From assembly GCA_040755995.1 (NCBI GenBank), contig JBFMAF010000010.1, positions 160,001 through 224,000 on the forward strand: 64,000 nucleotides of DNA, given 5' to 3'. Shown here in pieces: positions 25,689 through 36,131 of this stretch. How positions within the stretch are numbered: position 1 is the first letter of the stretch; each line of letters begins with the position of its first letter. Origin of the DNA: Acidobacteriota bacterium. GTDB lineage: Bacteria > Acidobacteriota > CAIWXX01. The notes below the pieces were generated by a model. That model had not been told where the DNA came from. It saw only the letters and a program-made list of their open reading frames with translations, and made no database searches. Position numbers and translations under genes: made by a program.

Positions 25689-28339
25689 ATGATCGGCACC
25701 AGTCTTGGCCCGTATGAGATCGTGAGCCGGCTCGGTGCCGGTGGCATGGGTGAGGTATGGCGCCCCCGCGACACGCGACTCGGCCGGGATGTCGCGATCA
25801 AGGTGCTGCCGGCGCACCTGTCGGCCAGCCCCGAGATCCGCGCGCGATTCGAACGCGAGGCACGCGCGATCTCAAAGCTCAATCACCCACACATTTGCAC
25901 TCTCCACGACATCGGCAGGCAGGAAGAAATCGACTACATCGTGATGGAGCTGCTGGAGGGAGAGACGCTCGCCCACCGCCTCGAGAAAGGACCGTTGCCG
26001 ATCGCAGAGGTGCTGAAGGTTGGGACTCAGATCGCCGACGCCGTGGGTGCCGCGCATCGCAGCGGCGTCGTGCACCGCGACTTGAAACCCGCGAACGTCA
26101 TGTTGACGAAGGGCGGGGTGAAGCTGATGGACTTCGGCCTGGCTCGCAGCACCGAGATTGCACCGGTGACCCGCGCCGTGGCCGAATCGCCGACTGTAAG
26201 CCGGCCGCTGACAGCGGAAGGCACAATCGTCGGCACGTTCCAGTACATGGCGCCGGAGCAGTTGGAGGGGAAGACGGCGGACGCACGGTGTGACCTGTGG
26301 GCGCTCGGGTGCGTGCTGTACGAAATGACGACAGGGAAGCGCGCGTTCGAGGGGAAGAGCCAGGCGAGCCTGATCGCGGCGATCCTCAAGGAGACGCCGC
26401 GTCCGGTATCGGAGCTGCAGCCTCTCGCGCCGCCGGCGCTCGAGAGGATCGTGAACCGCTGTATGGAGAAGGACCCGGACGAGCGCTTTCAGTCCGCGCG
26501 CGACCTCGCCTTCGATCTTCATGGTGTTGCGGAATCCTCGTCGAGCAGCATTGGCGAAGGGACTCGAGCCGTCGCGGCCCCGCCTGCCCGCCGACGCTGG
26601 ATCTGGATGGCGATCACCCTGGCCTCCGTGGGCGTAGCGGTTGTTGCCCTGATCTGGCGCGGCCCCGCGGATGGGGTCGGCCATCGACGGGCAACGTTCG
26701 CAGACCTCGCCCTCCCGGCCGGTGTCCGGACCGGCAGTCCGGCCCTCGTCTCGAGCGACGGCCGGCAGGTTCGTCTCTTGGGCGCCGATCGAACCGGTAC
26801 ACACTACTGGCTGAGGGACCTCGACTCGGGCGGCATCCATGAGCTGCCGCTCCTCGACCTCAGCGCTCCCCTGGCCTGGTCGGCGGACGGGCGCCGCATC
26901 GTGTCCTGGTTTCCCGACAACCTGCTGAAGGAGCTCGACGTGGAGAGCCAGGTGACGAGGACGCTGGGCCCGTTTCCCAATGTCCCCGGCCGTTTCAGCC
27001 CGATCGAAGGAACGCTGAACCGGGCGGGCGATATGCTCGTGGCCAGATGGGGCCTGGTCCATGTGCCCGCCTCGGGAGGTGCTCCGACGGTCGTGGCCTC
27101 GCCCGATGCCGCGCGCGGGGAGGTGTTCTACCATGCGCCTGGGTTCCTCCCCGACGGACGCCACTACCTGTTCAGCGTTCTCGGCCTGACCGGTGAACAG
27201 TCCGCAGTGTACGCGGGCACCCTCGGTTCGTCGGCCCGCAAACGCGTCCTCGGCTCGATCTCGTGGGCGGCCTTCGCACAAGGGTATCTGCTGTTCCGAC
27301 GAGACACGACGCTGTTTGCCCAGCCGTTCGATCCGGAAGGCCTGCAGCTTTCGGGAGAGCCCGCTCCTCTCGCAGACGACCTGTGGGTGAGCCCGTGGGG
27401 GTTCGCTACTGCGTGGGTCTCCGGCGAAACGTTGGTGTACCTGGCCGGGCCGCCATGGCGATCCCAGCTCACCTGGTTCGACCGCAGCGGACGAGAATCC
27501 GGCCGGCTGGGCGACCCCGCCGAGATCGTCACGTTCGACCTCTCCCCGGGGGGAACCGCGTGGTCGCGTCAATCGGCTTCCCCGGCAGCCTCTGGCTCGT
27601 CGATTCGTCGCACGGCTCCTGGATGCGCTTGACCGGCGGCGAGGAGGACACCGATCCGCGCTTCAGAGACGACGGCCAGGCCGTGCTGTACGGCGGCGGT
27701 CTGCCAGGCCGGCGCTGCCTTTTCCGTGTCAGCCTCGACGGCGGGGCGCGCGTTGCCGTCATGTGGGCGCCGCAGCCGGGGGCGGGAGAGTGGCCGCCGG
27801 GTATGTTCCTTGACGATTGGTCACGCGACGGCCGAGCGGCCCTGTACCACCCCGGATTGGGCGGCAGCCTGTGGAGTGCCCCGGTCACCAACGATGGCGA
27901 GCCGCGGCGGGTTGTGGAATGCACAGGATGCCGGACCGACCAGGCGCGCTTCTCCCCCGACGGGCGCTGGATCGCCTTCCACTCGGATGAGACCAATCGG
28001 GCGGAGGTGTACGTCGTCCCCTTCTCCCCGACAGGCGAGCGCTGGCAAATCTCGACAAGGGGCGGCGTCCAGCCACTCTGGCGCAGGGACGGCCGCGAGC
28101 TGTTCTACCTCGACCGAGATGGGAACCTCATGTCTGTGGAGGTACACACCGAGCGGACGTTCGCAGCAGGAACGCCGCGCCTTCTGTTTCGCACCGCCTT
28201 GGGTTTCCCGGACTTTAGTGTCGAGGATTACGGTGTGACCGCCGACGGGCAGCGATTCCTCTTCAAGATGCCGGTCGCAGCAGGCGTCGATTATACACTC
28301 AAGTTGGTACTCGACTGGCCGGCCCTTGTGAAGCAGTAG
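25689..28339 (+). pseudogene. Ser/Thr protein kinase-TM-PD40 beta-propeller, split by a -1 frameshift at the C4G6 run (~27544-27553)
   Basis: LGAGGMGEV, VAIK, HRDLKPAN, DFGLA, YMAPE. The propeller continues in ORF 27263-28339 (GNRVVASIG…FSPDGRWIAF…LVLDWPALVKQ). Confidence 0.8.
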
Positions 28340-28409
28340 TCGCTGGAGCCGAAATTCTCAGGTGGACGCCGCACGTCCATGAACTCCGGCCATGTGAGCG
28401 ATTCCTGCC

Positions 28410-28500
28410 TGTCCCCCCAGACATAACGCGGATTGCAGCAGTCGTCCCCGGCCATCAAGGTCTTGGTGCGGATCAACTTGAGCGCGACTCGCTTGACCAC
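28410..28500 (-). pseudogene. Possible C-terminal remnant of an ATC-hydrolase-like gene
   Basis: LKLIRTKTLMAGDDCCNPRY resembles the LxRTxT(L/I)xxGxxxC(D/N)FR family motif; no intact upstream ORF. Confidence 0.35.
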
Positions 28501-28557
28501 TTCCCGGCGTGAAGAGATCTGCCGAGGCGTAGAGCCTCCCCCTGTTGCTGGTGAGGT

Positions 28558-28884
28558 TCAGAACGCCACGACCAGCCCGGCGCTCGCGTCGAACTGCAGC
28601 ATCCCCCAGCCAGAGATGCGTATGGTGCTGCCCTGACCGCCGAAGCCACCCGCGGCGGCCGCGCCCGAGAAGATGCCCAGGGCCCGGGCTTCCAGCATGC
28701 AGTAGTTAAGCGCATGCAGAAACCTCGATTCCGAAATCCATTTCCGCCGGTCTACCAGTTCGTTGTGCATGATCGCGATCTGGCCTGTGGGCCCCCCGAA
28801 ACTGATGAAGCCGAGCTTCAGCCAGAAGCGAAGTGCCTGGCCCAGCGTGGGCCGGGGCGGTGACGTCGTTCCAGTTGTATTCAT
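28558..28884 (-). pseudogene. chrA: Truncated chromate transporter ChrA (N-terminal ~64 aa only)
   Basis: [45 protein letters not shown]; similarity stops before the expected LPGP. Confidence 0.8.
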
Positions 28885-29837
28885 TTCCTTCCCAATTTCC
28901 TCTGCGTGGTGGTTGTTTGTAGCGTGTCATAGAGCGCGTCGAACAGCGTGAAACCGCGCTCCAGGATATCCTGATCGTTCATCGGACTCGCTCCCCAGCC
29001 CTGCAGTACGCGTTGAAGTCCTATGCCTTCCAGCCGGCCGTATTTCTCATCCTCGAGGTCGGTGTCGTGAACGATCTCGGCCACTACCCGCAGCGCAGGG
29101 TCTTGAATCCCGAACCTCCTGACGAGCGTTTCGAAAGTGCAACCGCCGTTCTCGTGACTGAATTGGGCGTTCGGCATGTCAAACCCTATCGCATCCGGAT
29201 GCTCTGTCCGATTCGTGCTGAACACGAAGCGCGCATTGCGATCGATGAAGTTCCGGATGAGCCACGCGCTTGCAACTCGATCGATCTCCGGCCGCTCGCG
29301 TGTAACCCACGTCCGTCCGGCGTACCTGGCGGCCTGGCGCGCCTGCCTGGCGCGCTTCTCGGGATACAGCAGGCGGCGGGCACGCTCCAGCTGAGCCGAT
29401 GCCCGCCGGCCTTCCGGGCATCGGAAGTAGTCAATGGACCAGATGCCCTGTAGGCGCCTCTGGAACGCGGCCAGCTCCGCTACCAGAGTCTGCTGAGACT
29501 TCCCGGTCCGCCCCCGCGTCCATGCAGCCAGTTCCGCGGACAGCGCGCGATAGTCCGCGGAGCGCCCGCAGTTGAACATCGCCTCTGCATCGGCTCGGGC
29601 CAACCCCTCGATCTCCGCCGCGTGGACCATGTATGCCTCGCATCCCCGGTCCTCGAGCTCCTTGGACAGCCAGAGGAACCGTTCCCGGCAGTCCGGCCGG
29701 TCGGGCAGAATGTGGGCTGAGGTCTTGAGCTGAACCGCTCCGATCTTCTTGAGGCGGCGCCAGAGATGAACCCGCTCGGCGTTTTTCCGCGCCGGAAGAG
29801 TGTACAACAGCAACAGCCAGGTGCCCTTCTCTCCCAT
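28881..29837 (-). CDS. chrB: Chromate resistance protein ChrB
   Basis: WLLLLYTLP…[34 protein letters not shown]…FSH…CTFE; adjacent to chrA. Confidence 0.9.
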   Translation of the reverse strand: MGEKGTWLLLLYTLPARKNAERVHLWRRLKKIGAVQLKTSAHILPDRPDCRERFLWLSKELEDRGCEAYMVHAAEIEGLARADAEAMFNCGRSADYRALSAELAAWTRGRTGKSQQTLVAELAAFQRRLQGIWSIDYFRCPEGRRASAQLERARRLLYPEKRARQARQAARYAGRTWVTRERPEIDRVASAWLIRNFIDRNARFVFSTNRTEHPDAIGFDMPNAQFSHENGGCTFETLVRRFGIQDPALRVVAEIVHDTDLEDEKYGRLEGIGLQRVLQGWGASPMNDQDILERGFTLFDALYDTLQTTTTQRKLGRK

Positions 29838-29844
29838 GTTGCCT

Positions 29845-29873
29845 ATCTTACACTAATGTAACATATGTTTCAA
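29845..29873 (-). promoter_or_regulatory. chrB promoter TTGAAA-N17-TAAGAT with palindromes (TTACA-N4-TGTAA; AACATATGTT), likely leaderless
   Basis: -35 at 29873-29868, -10 at 29850-29845; ATG follows the -10 by 7 nt. Confidence 0.55.
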
Positions 29874-30219
29874 CCCGCCGCTTGCCACCCGCCTCCCGAT
29901 TGCCACCGCCGTGTTCGCCCGCCGCACCCCCTGTCGTGCAGAAAAACTGCAGGAGACCGCTCCCGGGATGGAGCGCTGAGCGTCCACCTTCACATGGGGC
30001 TGCGCCTCTGATAGACTTCCCGGCGTGGATGAATTTGACCTGCCAGGTATGCTCGCGTTTCGAGACGCCGCCAGACAGCGCTGCCTGACCCGTTTCCTCT
30101 CGACCGTCAAAGCGTAAGCAACAGGACGCATTCCACAGCGGTGAAGGCTCAGTTGCGGCGAGCCGCGATGGGCCGGAGTTCGTAAGATTTCGCGCTTGCG
30201 CGAGGAAGGATGGAAACGC

Positions 30220-30540
30220 GTGGGGAACAAACTGTACATCGGCAACTTGCCGTTCCAGGTGGGCGAGGAGGAATTGCGGCAACTCATGGAGCAGGCCGGT
30301 GCGGTCCAGTCGGTTCGCGTCGTGCGCGACGCCGCCACCGGCCGTGCGAGGGGCTTCGCGTTTGTAGAGATGGGCAGCGACGAGGAAGCCCAGAAGGCCA
30401 TCACGCAGCTGAACGGCCAGAGCCTTCAGGGACGTTCGCTGACCGTCAACGAAGCTCGCTCCTCCGGCGACAGGCCTCGAGACGGAGGCCGTGGGCCGCG
30501 CGAGTTCGGCGGTGGCAGCGGCGGGCGGCAGCGTTGGTAG
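30220..30540 (+). CDS. RRM RNA-binding protein
   Basis: KLYIGNL (RNP2), RGFAFVEM (RNP1), Gly/Arg-rich tail; GTG start. Confidence 0.95.
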   Translation: MGNKLYIGNLPFQVGEEELRQLMEQAGAVQSVRVVRDAATGRARGFAFVEMGSDEEAQKAITQLNGQSLQGRSLTVNEARSSGDRPRDGGRGPREFGGGSGGRQRW

Positions 30541-30592
30541 GGTACGGGTTCCAAGAACACCGAGAACTGTCATCGTCTCAAGAGGATCAACA

Positions 30593-31672
30593 ATGAAAAG
30601 AACTTTTGCAGTGTGTCTCATCGTGGCCTGGGCAGTTGGATTCGGATGCGGGAAGGGTGACTCACAGGCCGTCACACCGGCCGGCTCACCCGCGGCACAA
30701 AAGGATGCACAACAGGGCGCTCAGCCTGGTGCCGCTCCCGCCACCCCGCAGGCCATGCCGTCCGAGAAGCCGAAGCCCGTGCCTGCAGAGCTTCCTGCGG
30801 TTGTGGCCAAAGTCAACGGCGAGGACATCAAGAGAACCGATCTCGAGGAGGCCGTTCGCGACGCCGAACGGCGTGCGGGCTCCCCGGTGCCCGCCGAAAA
30901 CCGCGACCAGATCTACCGTGGAGTTCTGGACAGTCTCGTTGGTTACAGGTTGTTGCTGCAGGAGAGCCGGACGCGGAAGATCCCGGTGACCGATGCCGAC
31001 GTGAGCGCGAAGATCGCGGAGATCAAGGGACAGTTCCCGAACGAGCAGGCGTTCACGCAGGCGCTTGCGGGGGAGGGGATGACGCCGGAAGCGATGCAGA
31101 GCAGGATCCGCCAGGACCTCTCGGTCATGAAGCTGATCGATGCGGAGGTCACACCCAAGGTATCCGTTCAGGACGCCGATGTGACGGGGTTCTACGATCA
31201 GAACAGGGACCGCTTCAAGGAAGGCGAGGCGGTTCACGCGAGCCACATACTAATAAGGGTCCAGGAGAATGCGGATGCCGCCGCAAAGAAACAGGCGCGC
31301 GACAAGATCGACGCTATCCTGGTTCAGCTCAAAGGCGGAGCGGACTTCGCCGTCCTGGCGAAAAAGGACTCGCAAGACCCCGGCAGCGCTCCCAACGGCG
31401 GGGACCTCGGCTTCTTCGTGAGAGGCCAGATGGTGCCGGCGTTCGAGAATGTGGCGTTTTCGCTGAAGCCAGGCGAGCTCAGCAATGTCGTCGAGACGCC
31501 GTTCGGGTACCACATCATCAAGGTCGCCGAACACCGGCCGGAGCGGACTGTGCCCATGCTGGAGGTGTCTGATCGCATCCGCGAGTTCCTCGCCGGGCAA
31601 CAGCGGGAAGCCAAGACGAAGGAGCTGATCGACGGCCTGAAGACCAAGGCCACGGTCGAGATCCTGATCTAG
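30593..31672 (+). CDS. Parvulin-type peptidyl-prolyl isomerase (PrsA/SurA-like lipoprotein)
   Basis: HASHILI…SQDPGSAPNGGDLG…MVPAFE…VETPFGYHII. Confidence 0.92.
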   Translation: MKRTFAVCLIVAWAVGFGCGKGDSQAVTPAGSPAAQKDAQQGAQPGAAPATPQAMPSEKPKPVPAELPAVVAKVNGEDIKRTDLEEAVRDAERRAGSPVPAENRDQIYRGVLDSLVGYRLLLQESRTRKIPVTDADVSAKIAEIKGQFPNEQAFTQALAGEGMTPEAMQSRIRQDLSVMKLIDAEVTPKVSVQDADVTGFYDQNRDRFKEGEAVHASHILIRVQENADAAAKKQARDKIDAILVQLKGGADFAVLAKKDSQDPGSAPNGGDLGFFVRGQMVPAFENVAFSLKPGELSNVVETPFGYHIIKVAEHRPERTVPMLEVSDRIREFLAGQQREAKTKELIDGLKTKATVEILI

Positions 31673-31690
31673 CGAGGCTGCGCCTCGGGC

Positions 31691-31756
31691 CATACAGCGC
31701 GTCACGCATTGCGTCCACTCGTCCAATCCATCGTGGACTTATGACGCGTTGTATAG
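31691..31756. repeat. Inverted-repeat-bounded short element, copy A
   Basis: atacagcgcgtca…gtggactta tgacgcgttgtatag; near-copy at 52874-52936. Confidence 0.65.
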
Positions 31757-34735
31757 CGCTGCAGGCAGGATTCCGTGCTGGCGGGCGAAGATGATCGCCC
31801 GGCAAAGGGCCGGTGTCAGCGGCGCCTCGAGGTTCAGGAAGCCTGACTTCACTGCAGCGTCCAAGTCATTCCGCATGAGGTTATAGGCCCAGAGATAGCG
31901 CCGCTGCACCGAGGCTTCGATCGACAGGTCGTCGTAGAAGGCCTCGGGGGAGATCGTACCGAGCAGCAATGACGCGACCCTGCCTGCCTCGCCGGGTGCC
32001 GTCCGGACCGAATGCAGAATGGATTCGTATCGGGCCGCCTGGCCGCGCTCCTGGAACAGCAATGCCAGCTCGAGGAAGTCGTACGGATGCTCGCGCGGGT
32101 CTTGCCCGGCGAGCGAGGATTCCATGGTTCGTAGAGCCTCTGCTTCCTCACCCTTCAACTGGTGCACCAGGACTTCCAGGTCGCGGGCGAGACGAGCCGG
32201 CAGGGTATCTCCGATGAGGATTTCGCTAAGCTGGGCTCTGGTAGCGAGCGCGTCCTCGGACCTTCCGGCTGTCGCCAGCACCAGTCCCCTGGCCGAGATG
32301 CCGTCGAGAACGAACCGCACGTTCACGCCGCGGAACTCCCTCTCCATCGTCTCGCACGCGCGCAGTGCTCTCTCGGTGTCGCCCAGCTTCATGGAGGTGA
32401 TTGCGAGCGCGTACAGAGCGATACGGCGGGTCTTGCCGATTCGCGGGTAAGACAGCAGGAAGGCCTCCAGCTCTTTCTGTCGACTCGCATCATCCGGTGG
32501 GCACTCCCCGGCCAGCGTCAGCGCGGCCCGCTCCGCCACGGGCGATTCCGGAAAAAGCTCGACTATGAGGCGGAGCACCTGCCGGAGGGCAGAGGTGTGG
32601 TGGAGATGGCCGAAGCTCTCGGCCAGGGTGTACAACTCCCTGGCGACTCTGTACCTCTCATCTGCGTCCGTTGCCGAACGCGCGATCTCCTGCAGCCTTT
32701 GGAACGCGTCGTCGAGTTCCCCCTTCAGCCTGAGGGCGGTCGCCGTATTGAGCCGCGCCATGCTCTTGTAGTACTGGTCTGCGGACGAGTCGGCGACCTC
32801 GCGGAATCGCGCCAGTGCGTCGTCGTACCGGCCCAGGCTCATGGAGCACAGGCCGGCTTTGAACAGCGCTTCGCCACCCATCGCCGTGCCGGCGTGGTCT
32901 CGCACGATCCGGTGGTATTCCTCGGCTGCGGCCTCGTATTCGCCGCGTTCGTAGAAGCGGTCGCCCGGAGCCGTGGCCGCGAGCAGCGCCGGAACCCTCT
33001 CCTGCAGCACTCGCAGGTTATCGACTCGAAGGATGCCGTCGTAGGTCGCGAGGCGCACGCGCGAGATCTCGGCGGGGCTAAGCGGGAATGGATCGACGAA
33101 GCTCGCCAGCTTCTCGCCGTCGGCGGACATTTCGACGAGGTTGCTCAGACGAGTGACGACGATCCGGTAGACGCGGCCGATTTCGACGGGAGGCGACCTG
33201 ACCAGGCGCACCTCGAGATTCGCTCGATCCAGAGCCGTCATCTGGTTGTCCCCGCCGAATCCGAAGTAATATCCTGTGAAGTCCCTGTCGCCGTCGATGA
33301 AGACGGCGATCTCGTTCTTGCCGCTCCCCTTGAGGACCGTCGCGTCGAACTCTATCTCGACATTTCCTCTGAACGGCTCTGCCAGGCTGATGCTGACATG
33401 CCCTGTGCCCGCGCCGACGAGACCGCCGTCGAGGAGCTTCCACTCCCCGGCATCCACGCGATAGCCGGGCCCGATGTGGGCCCGCTCGAAATCATCTGAC
33501 AGCACCAAGTTCCAGGCAGGATGGGATCGGCGAAGCTCGCGCACGACGAATCCCACGACCAGTACGAGAGCGATCAGGCCCGCGATGACGGCAACCTCCT
33601 TGTGGCGGCGAATCCGTTTTCCGACGCGATACGTAATCGAGGACGGCCGGGCAAGGATGGGTTCGCCGCGCAGATATCGCGCGAGGTCCTGGCGGAGAGC
33701 CTCGGCCGTTTCGTATCTCCGTTGTTTCTCCTTCGCCATCGCCTTCAGGCAGATGATCTCGAGATCCCTGGGCGCCGCCGGGTTGTGCCTGCGCGGGGGC
33801 TGCGGGTCGCGCTGGAGAACCTGGAGGATAACCGATGTCTCGGTGTCTTCGGAAAAAGGGGGCTGCCCGGCCAGGATCTCGTAGAGAGTGGCGCCGAGGC
33901 TGTACACGTCGGTTCTCTCGTCGACCTGATGACTCGTGCCTGCCGCCTGCTCGGGAGACATGTAATGAGGCGTACCGAGCACCTGGCCGGTTCTGGTCAA
34001 CGAGCTCGCCTGCTCGACCTGTGTAGCCAGCCCGAAGTCTGTGACGTGAGGCTCGCCGTTCGTATCGACGAGGATGTTGGCCGGCTTCAGGTCCCGATGG
34101 ATGACTCCGTGCGCGTGCGCGTGGGCCACCGCTGCGGCGACCTTCTCGACGATTGCGACTGCGCCGGCTAGATCCAAGCTTCTACTCCGCAGGGCCTGGT
34201 CCAGCGTCTGGCCTTCGATGTAGGCCATCGTGAAGTACGGCCGGCCCTCGTGCTCGCCCGAGTCCATGATGGGTACGATGTTGGGATGCCTGAGCTGCGC
34301 GGCTGATTCGGCCTCTCGCATGAAACGCCGCACTGCCTCGGTTCCCGCGAACTGCCCGGCCGTCATCACCTTCAACGCAACGTGCCTTCGCAGCGTCTCC
34401 TGGTACGCCTTGTAGACGACCCCCATGCCACCCCGGCCGAGCTCCTCCAGGATTCGGTATGGACCGATCCTGCCCGGCGCACCCGGCGCCGGGACTCTAG
34501 ACGGCGGTTCACTCCCGGCGGAGGTCACCGGCGGAGTGTGCGGACCGGCCGCGATTTCCTCAGGACTTAGTGTCGAAACGGCGCGACCTGGAGTCGACGG
34601 CGGGCGGCAACGTGCACAGAATGAATCGACGCTGTCATCCGGCAGGTTCACGCCGCATTCGAGACAGACTCCTGGCCTGGTGGTCTGTTGTCCGCTCCTC
34701 ATCGTCCCCTTATCCGGCAGGCCCTCAGGCTTCAC
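31739..34735 (-). CDS. Membrane Ser/Thr kinase with N-terminal Zn-ribbon, extracytoplasmic beta-sandwich and TPR repeats
   Basis: CLEC…CARC; LGRGGMGVV, HRDLKPAN, DFGLA, YMSPEQ; TM segment; TPR-like helices; start codon uncertain. Confidence 0.88.
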   Translation of the reverse strand: MKPEGLPDKGTMRSGQQTTRPGVCLECGVNLPDDSVDSFCARCRPPSTPGRAVSTLSPEEIAAGPHTPPVTSAGSEPPSRVPAPGAPGRIGPYRILEELGRGGMGVVYKAYQETLRRHVALKVMTAGQFAGTEAVRRFMREAESAAQLRHPNIVPIMDSGEHEGRPYFTMAYIEGQTLDQALRSRSLDLAGAVAIVEKVAAAVAHAHAHGVIHRDLKPANILVDTNGEPHVTDFGLATQVEQASSLTRTGQVLGTPHYMSPEQAAGTSHQVDERTDVYSLGATLYEILAGQPPFSEDTETSVILQVLQRDPQPPRRHNPAAPRDLEIICLKAMAKEKQRRYETAEALRQDLARYLRGEPILARPSSITYRVGKRIRRHKEVAVIAGLIALVLVVGFVVRELRRSHPAWNLVLSDDFERAHIGPGYRVDAGEWKLLDGGLVGAGTGHVSISLAEPFRGNVEIEFDATVLKGSGKNEIAVFIDGDRDFTGYYFGFGGDNQMTALDRANLEVRLVRSPPVEIGRVYRIVVTRLSNLVEMSADGEKLASFVDPFPLSPAEISRVRLATYDGILRVDNLRVLQERVPALLAATAPGDRFYERGEYEAAAEEYHRIVRDHAGTAMGGEALFKAGLCSMSLGRYDDALARFREVADSSADQYYKSMARLNTATALRLKGELDDAFQRLQEIARSATDADERYRVARELYTLAESFGHLHHTSALRQVLRLIVELFPESPVAERAALTLAGECPPDDASRQKELEAFLLSYPRIGKTRRIALYALAITSMKLGDTERALRACETMEREFRGVNVRFVLDGISARGLVLATAGRSEDALATRAQLSEILIGDTLPARLARDLEVLVHQLKGEEAEALRTMESSLAGQDPREHPYDFLELALLFQERGQAARYESILHSVRTAPGEAGRVASLLLGTISPEAFYDDLSIEASVQRRYLWAYNLMRNDLDAAVKSGFLNLEAPLTPALCRAIIFARQHGILPAALYNAS

Positions 34736-35040
34736 GCCTCTTCTCGGTTCAGGCCCGGGGGCCGTGTCTACACTAGTAAGTATAGAGGCGATGGCTTCAC
34801 ACCGCCACTCTGTGCCCTGAGATCGCTTCGAGTGAGCATCCGAAGCAGATCATGACGAGGCGAGCGTCGCATCGTCGCGGAACCAGGTATCCCGCACGGT
34901 CGCTGATGTGCACACATCATTATCGTCACCCGGGTCGGGCTGTTGCCGATGGCGCCGGTCACCGGGAAATCCGTGTCGATTTTTCGGTGGAAGCTGTGAT
35001 CTAACGGCATTATCTTATGAATGAGCGAAAGGAGAATGGG

Positions 35041-36111
35041 ATGCATACAAGCCCGAGCACACAGGAGATGGAGAAGGCGTTCCGCGAGCGGGACGGTTCC
35101 TATGACGGGGTCTTTCTCATTGGGGTCAAGACGACTGGCGTCTTCTGCCGGCCTTCGTGCCGATCGCGAATGCCGCTCGCGCAGAACATCGAATTCTTCC
35201 AGACGACGCGCGAGGCTCTGTTTGCGGGCTACCGGCCCTGCCTGCGGTGCAGACCCATGGAGGCAGGCGGATCTCTGCCCGATTGGGCAACATCGTTGTT
35301 GGAGAAGATAGAGAGAAACCCGTCCCTCCGGCTGAGAGACGCCGACCTGGAGGCGCTCGGAGTCGAGCCCGCGCGAGTGCGGCGGCTGTTTGCGAAACGA
35401 TTCGGGATGACATTCCAGGCGTACTGCCGCGCCCGCCGGCTGGGTAAGGCATTCGATGAGATCAAGAACGGAAGGGGCTTGGACGATGCCGTTCTGGATC
35501 ATGGGTATGAGTCGCACAGCGGTTTCAGAGAGGCCTTCCTCAAGCAGTTCGGCAAGCCACCCGGCAAAGTACGAGATGGGGACTATCTACGGGCCGCATG
35601 GATAGAGACACCGCTCGGCCCGATGATTGCAGGCGCTACCGACGGTGGGATATGCCTCCTCGAGTTCGTCGATCGTCGAGCTCTCGAGGCCCAGCTCGAG
35701 ACGCTTGCGAGCCGCTTCCGCCTTCCGCTCGTGCCGGGAGAGACCGAGAGCATGAAGACGCTTCGCGACGAGATCGCAGGTTACTTCGAGGGACGCCTCA
35801 AACGATTCTCCGTTTCGCTCCAGTTCCCAGGCACCGACTTCCAGGTGAAAGTGTGGCAGGCGCTCACGCGGATTCCGTACGGCGAGACCAGGAGCTATGA
35901 AGACATCGCGCGGGAGCTCGGAGTACGCGGCGCATCCAGGGCGGTCGGGCACGCCAACGGCCAGAACCGCATCGCCATCGTTATCCCGTGCCATCGGGTC
36001 GTGAACAAGAACGGCGAGCTCGGAGGCTACGGCGGCGGGCTGTGGCGAAAGAAGTTGCTGCTCGAGCTCGAGCGGGGCAGCCCGATTGGGAATCTGCGCC
36101 AAGCGCAGTAG
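35041..36111 (+). CDS. ada: Bifunctional Ada regulator / O6-methylguanine-DNA methyltransferase
   Basis: TTGVFCRPSC…GYRPCLRC Zn site, AraC HTH, IPCHRV active site; alternative start at 35017. Confidence 0.93.
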   Translation: MHTSPSTQEMEKAFRERDGSYDGVFLIGVKTTGVFCRPSCRSRMPLAQNIEFFQTTREALFAGYRPCLRCRPMEAGGSLPDWATSLLEKIERNPSLRLRDADLEALGVEPARVRRLFAKRFGMTFQAYCRARRLGKAFDEIKNGRGLDDAVLDHGYESHSGFREAFLKQFGKPPGKVRDGDYLRAAWIETPLGPMIAGATDGGICLLEFVDRRALEAQLETLASRFRLPLVPGETESMKTLRDEIAGYFEGRLKRFSVSLQFPGTDFQVKVWQALTRIPYGETRSYEDIARELGVRGASRAVGHANGQNRIAIVIPCHRVVNKNGELGGYGGGLWRKKLLLELERGSPIGNLRQAQ

Positions 36112-36131
36112 CGGTGCACGAGGCCCTATCG

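Noticed and set aside
25102..30000. Intact integrative element or prophage at tRNA-Ser
   Set aside because: No integrase, phage genes or duplicated tRNA 3' end were found in the window.
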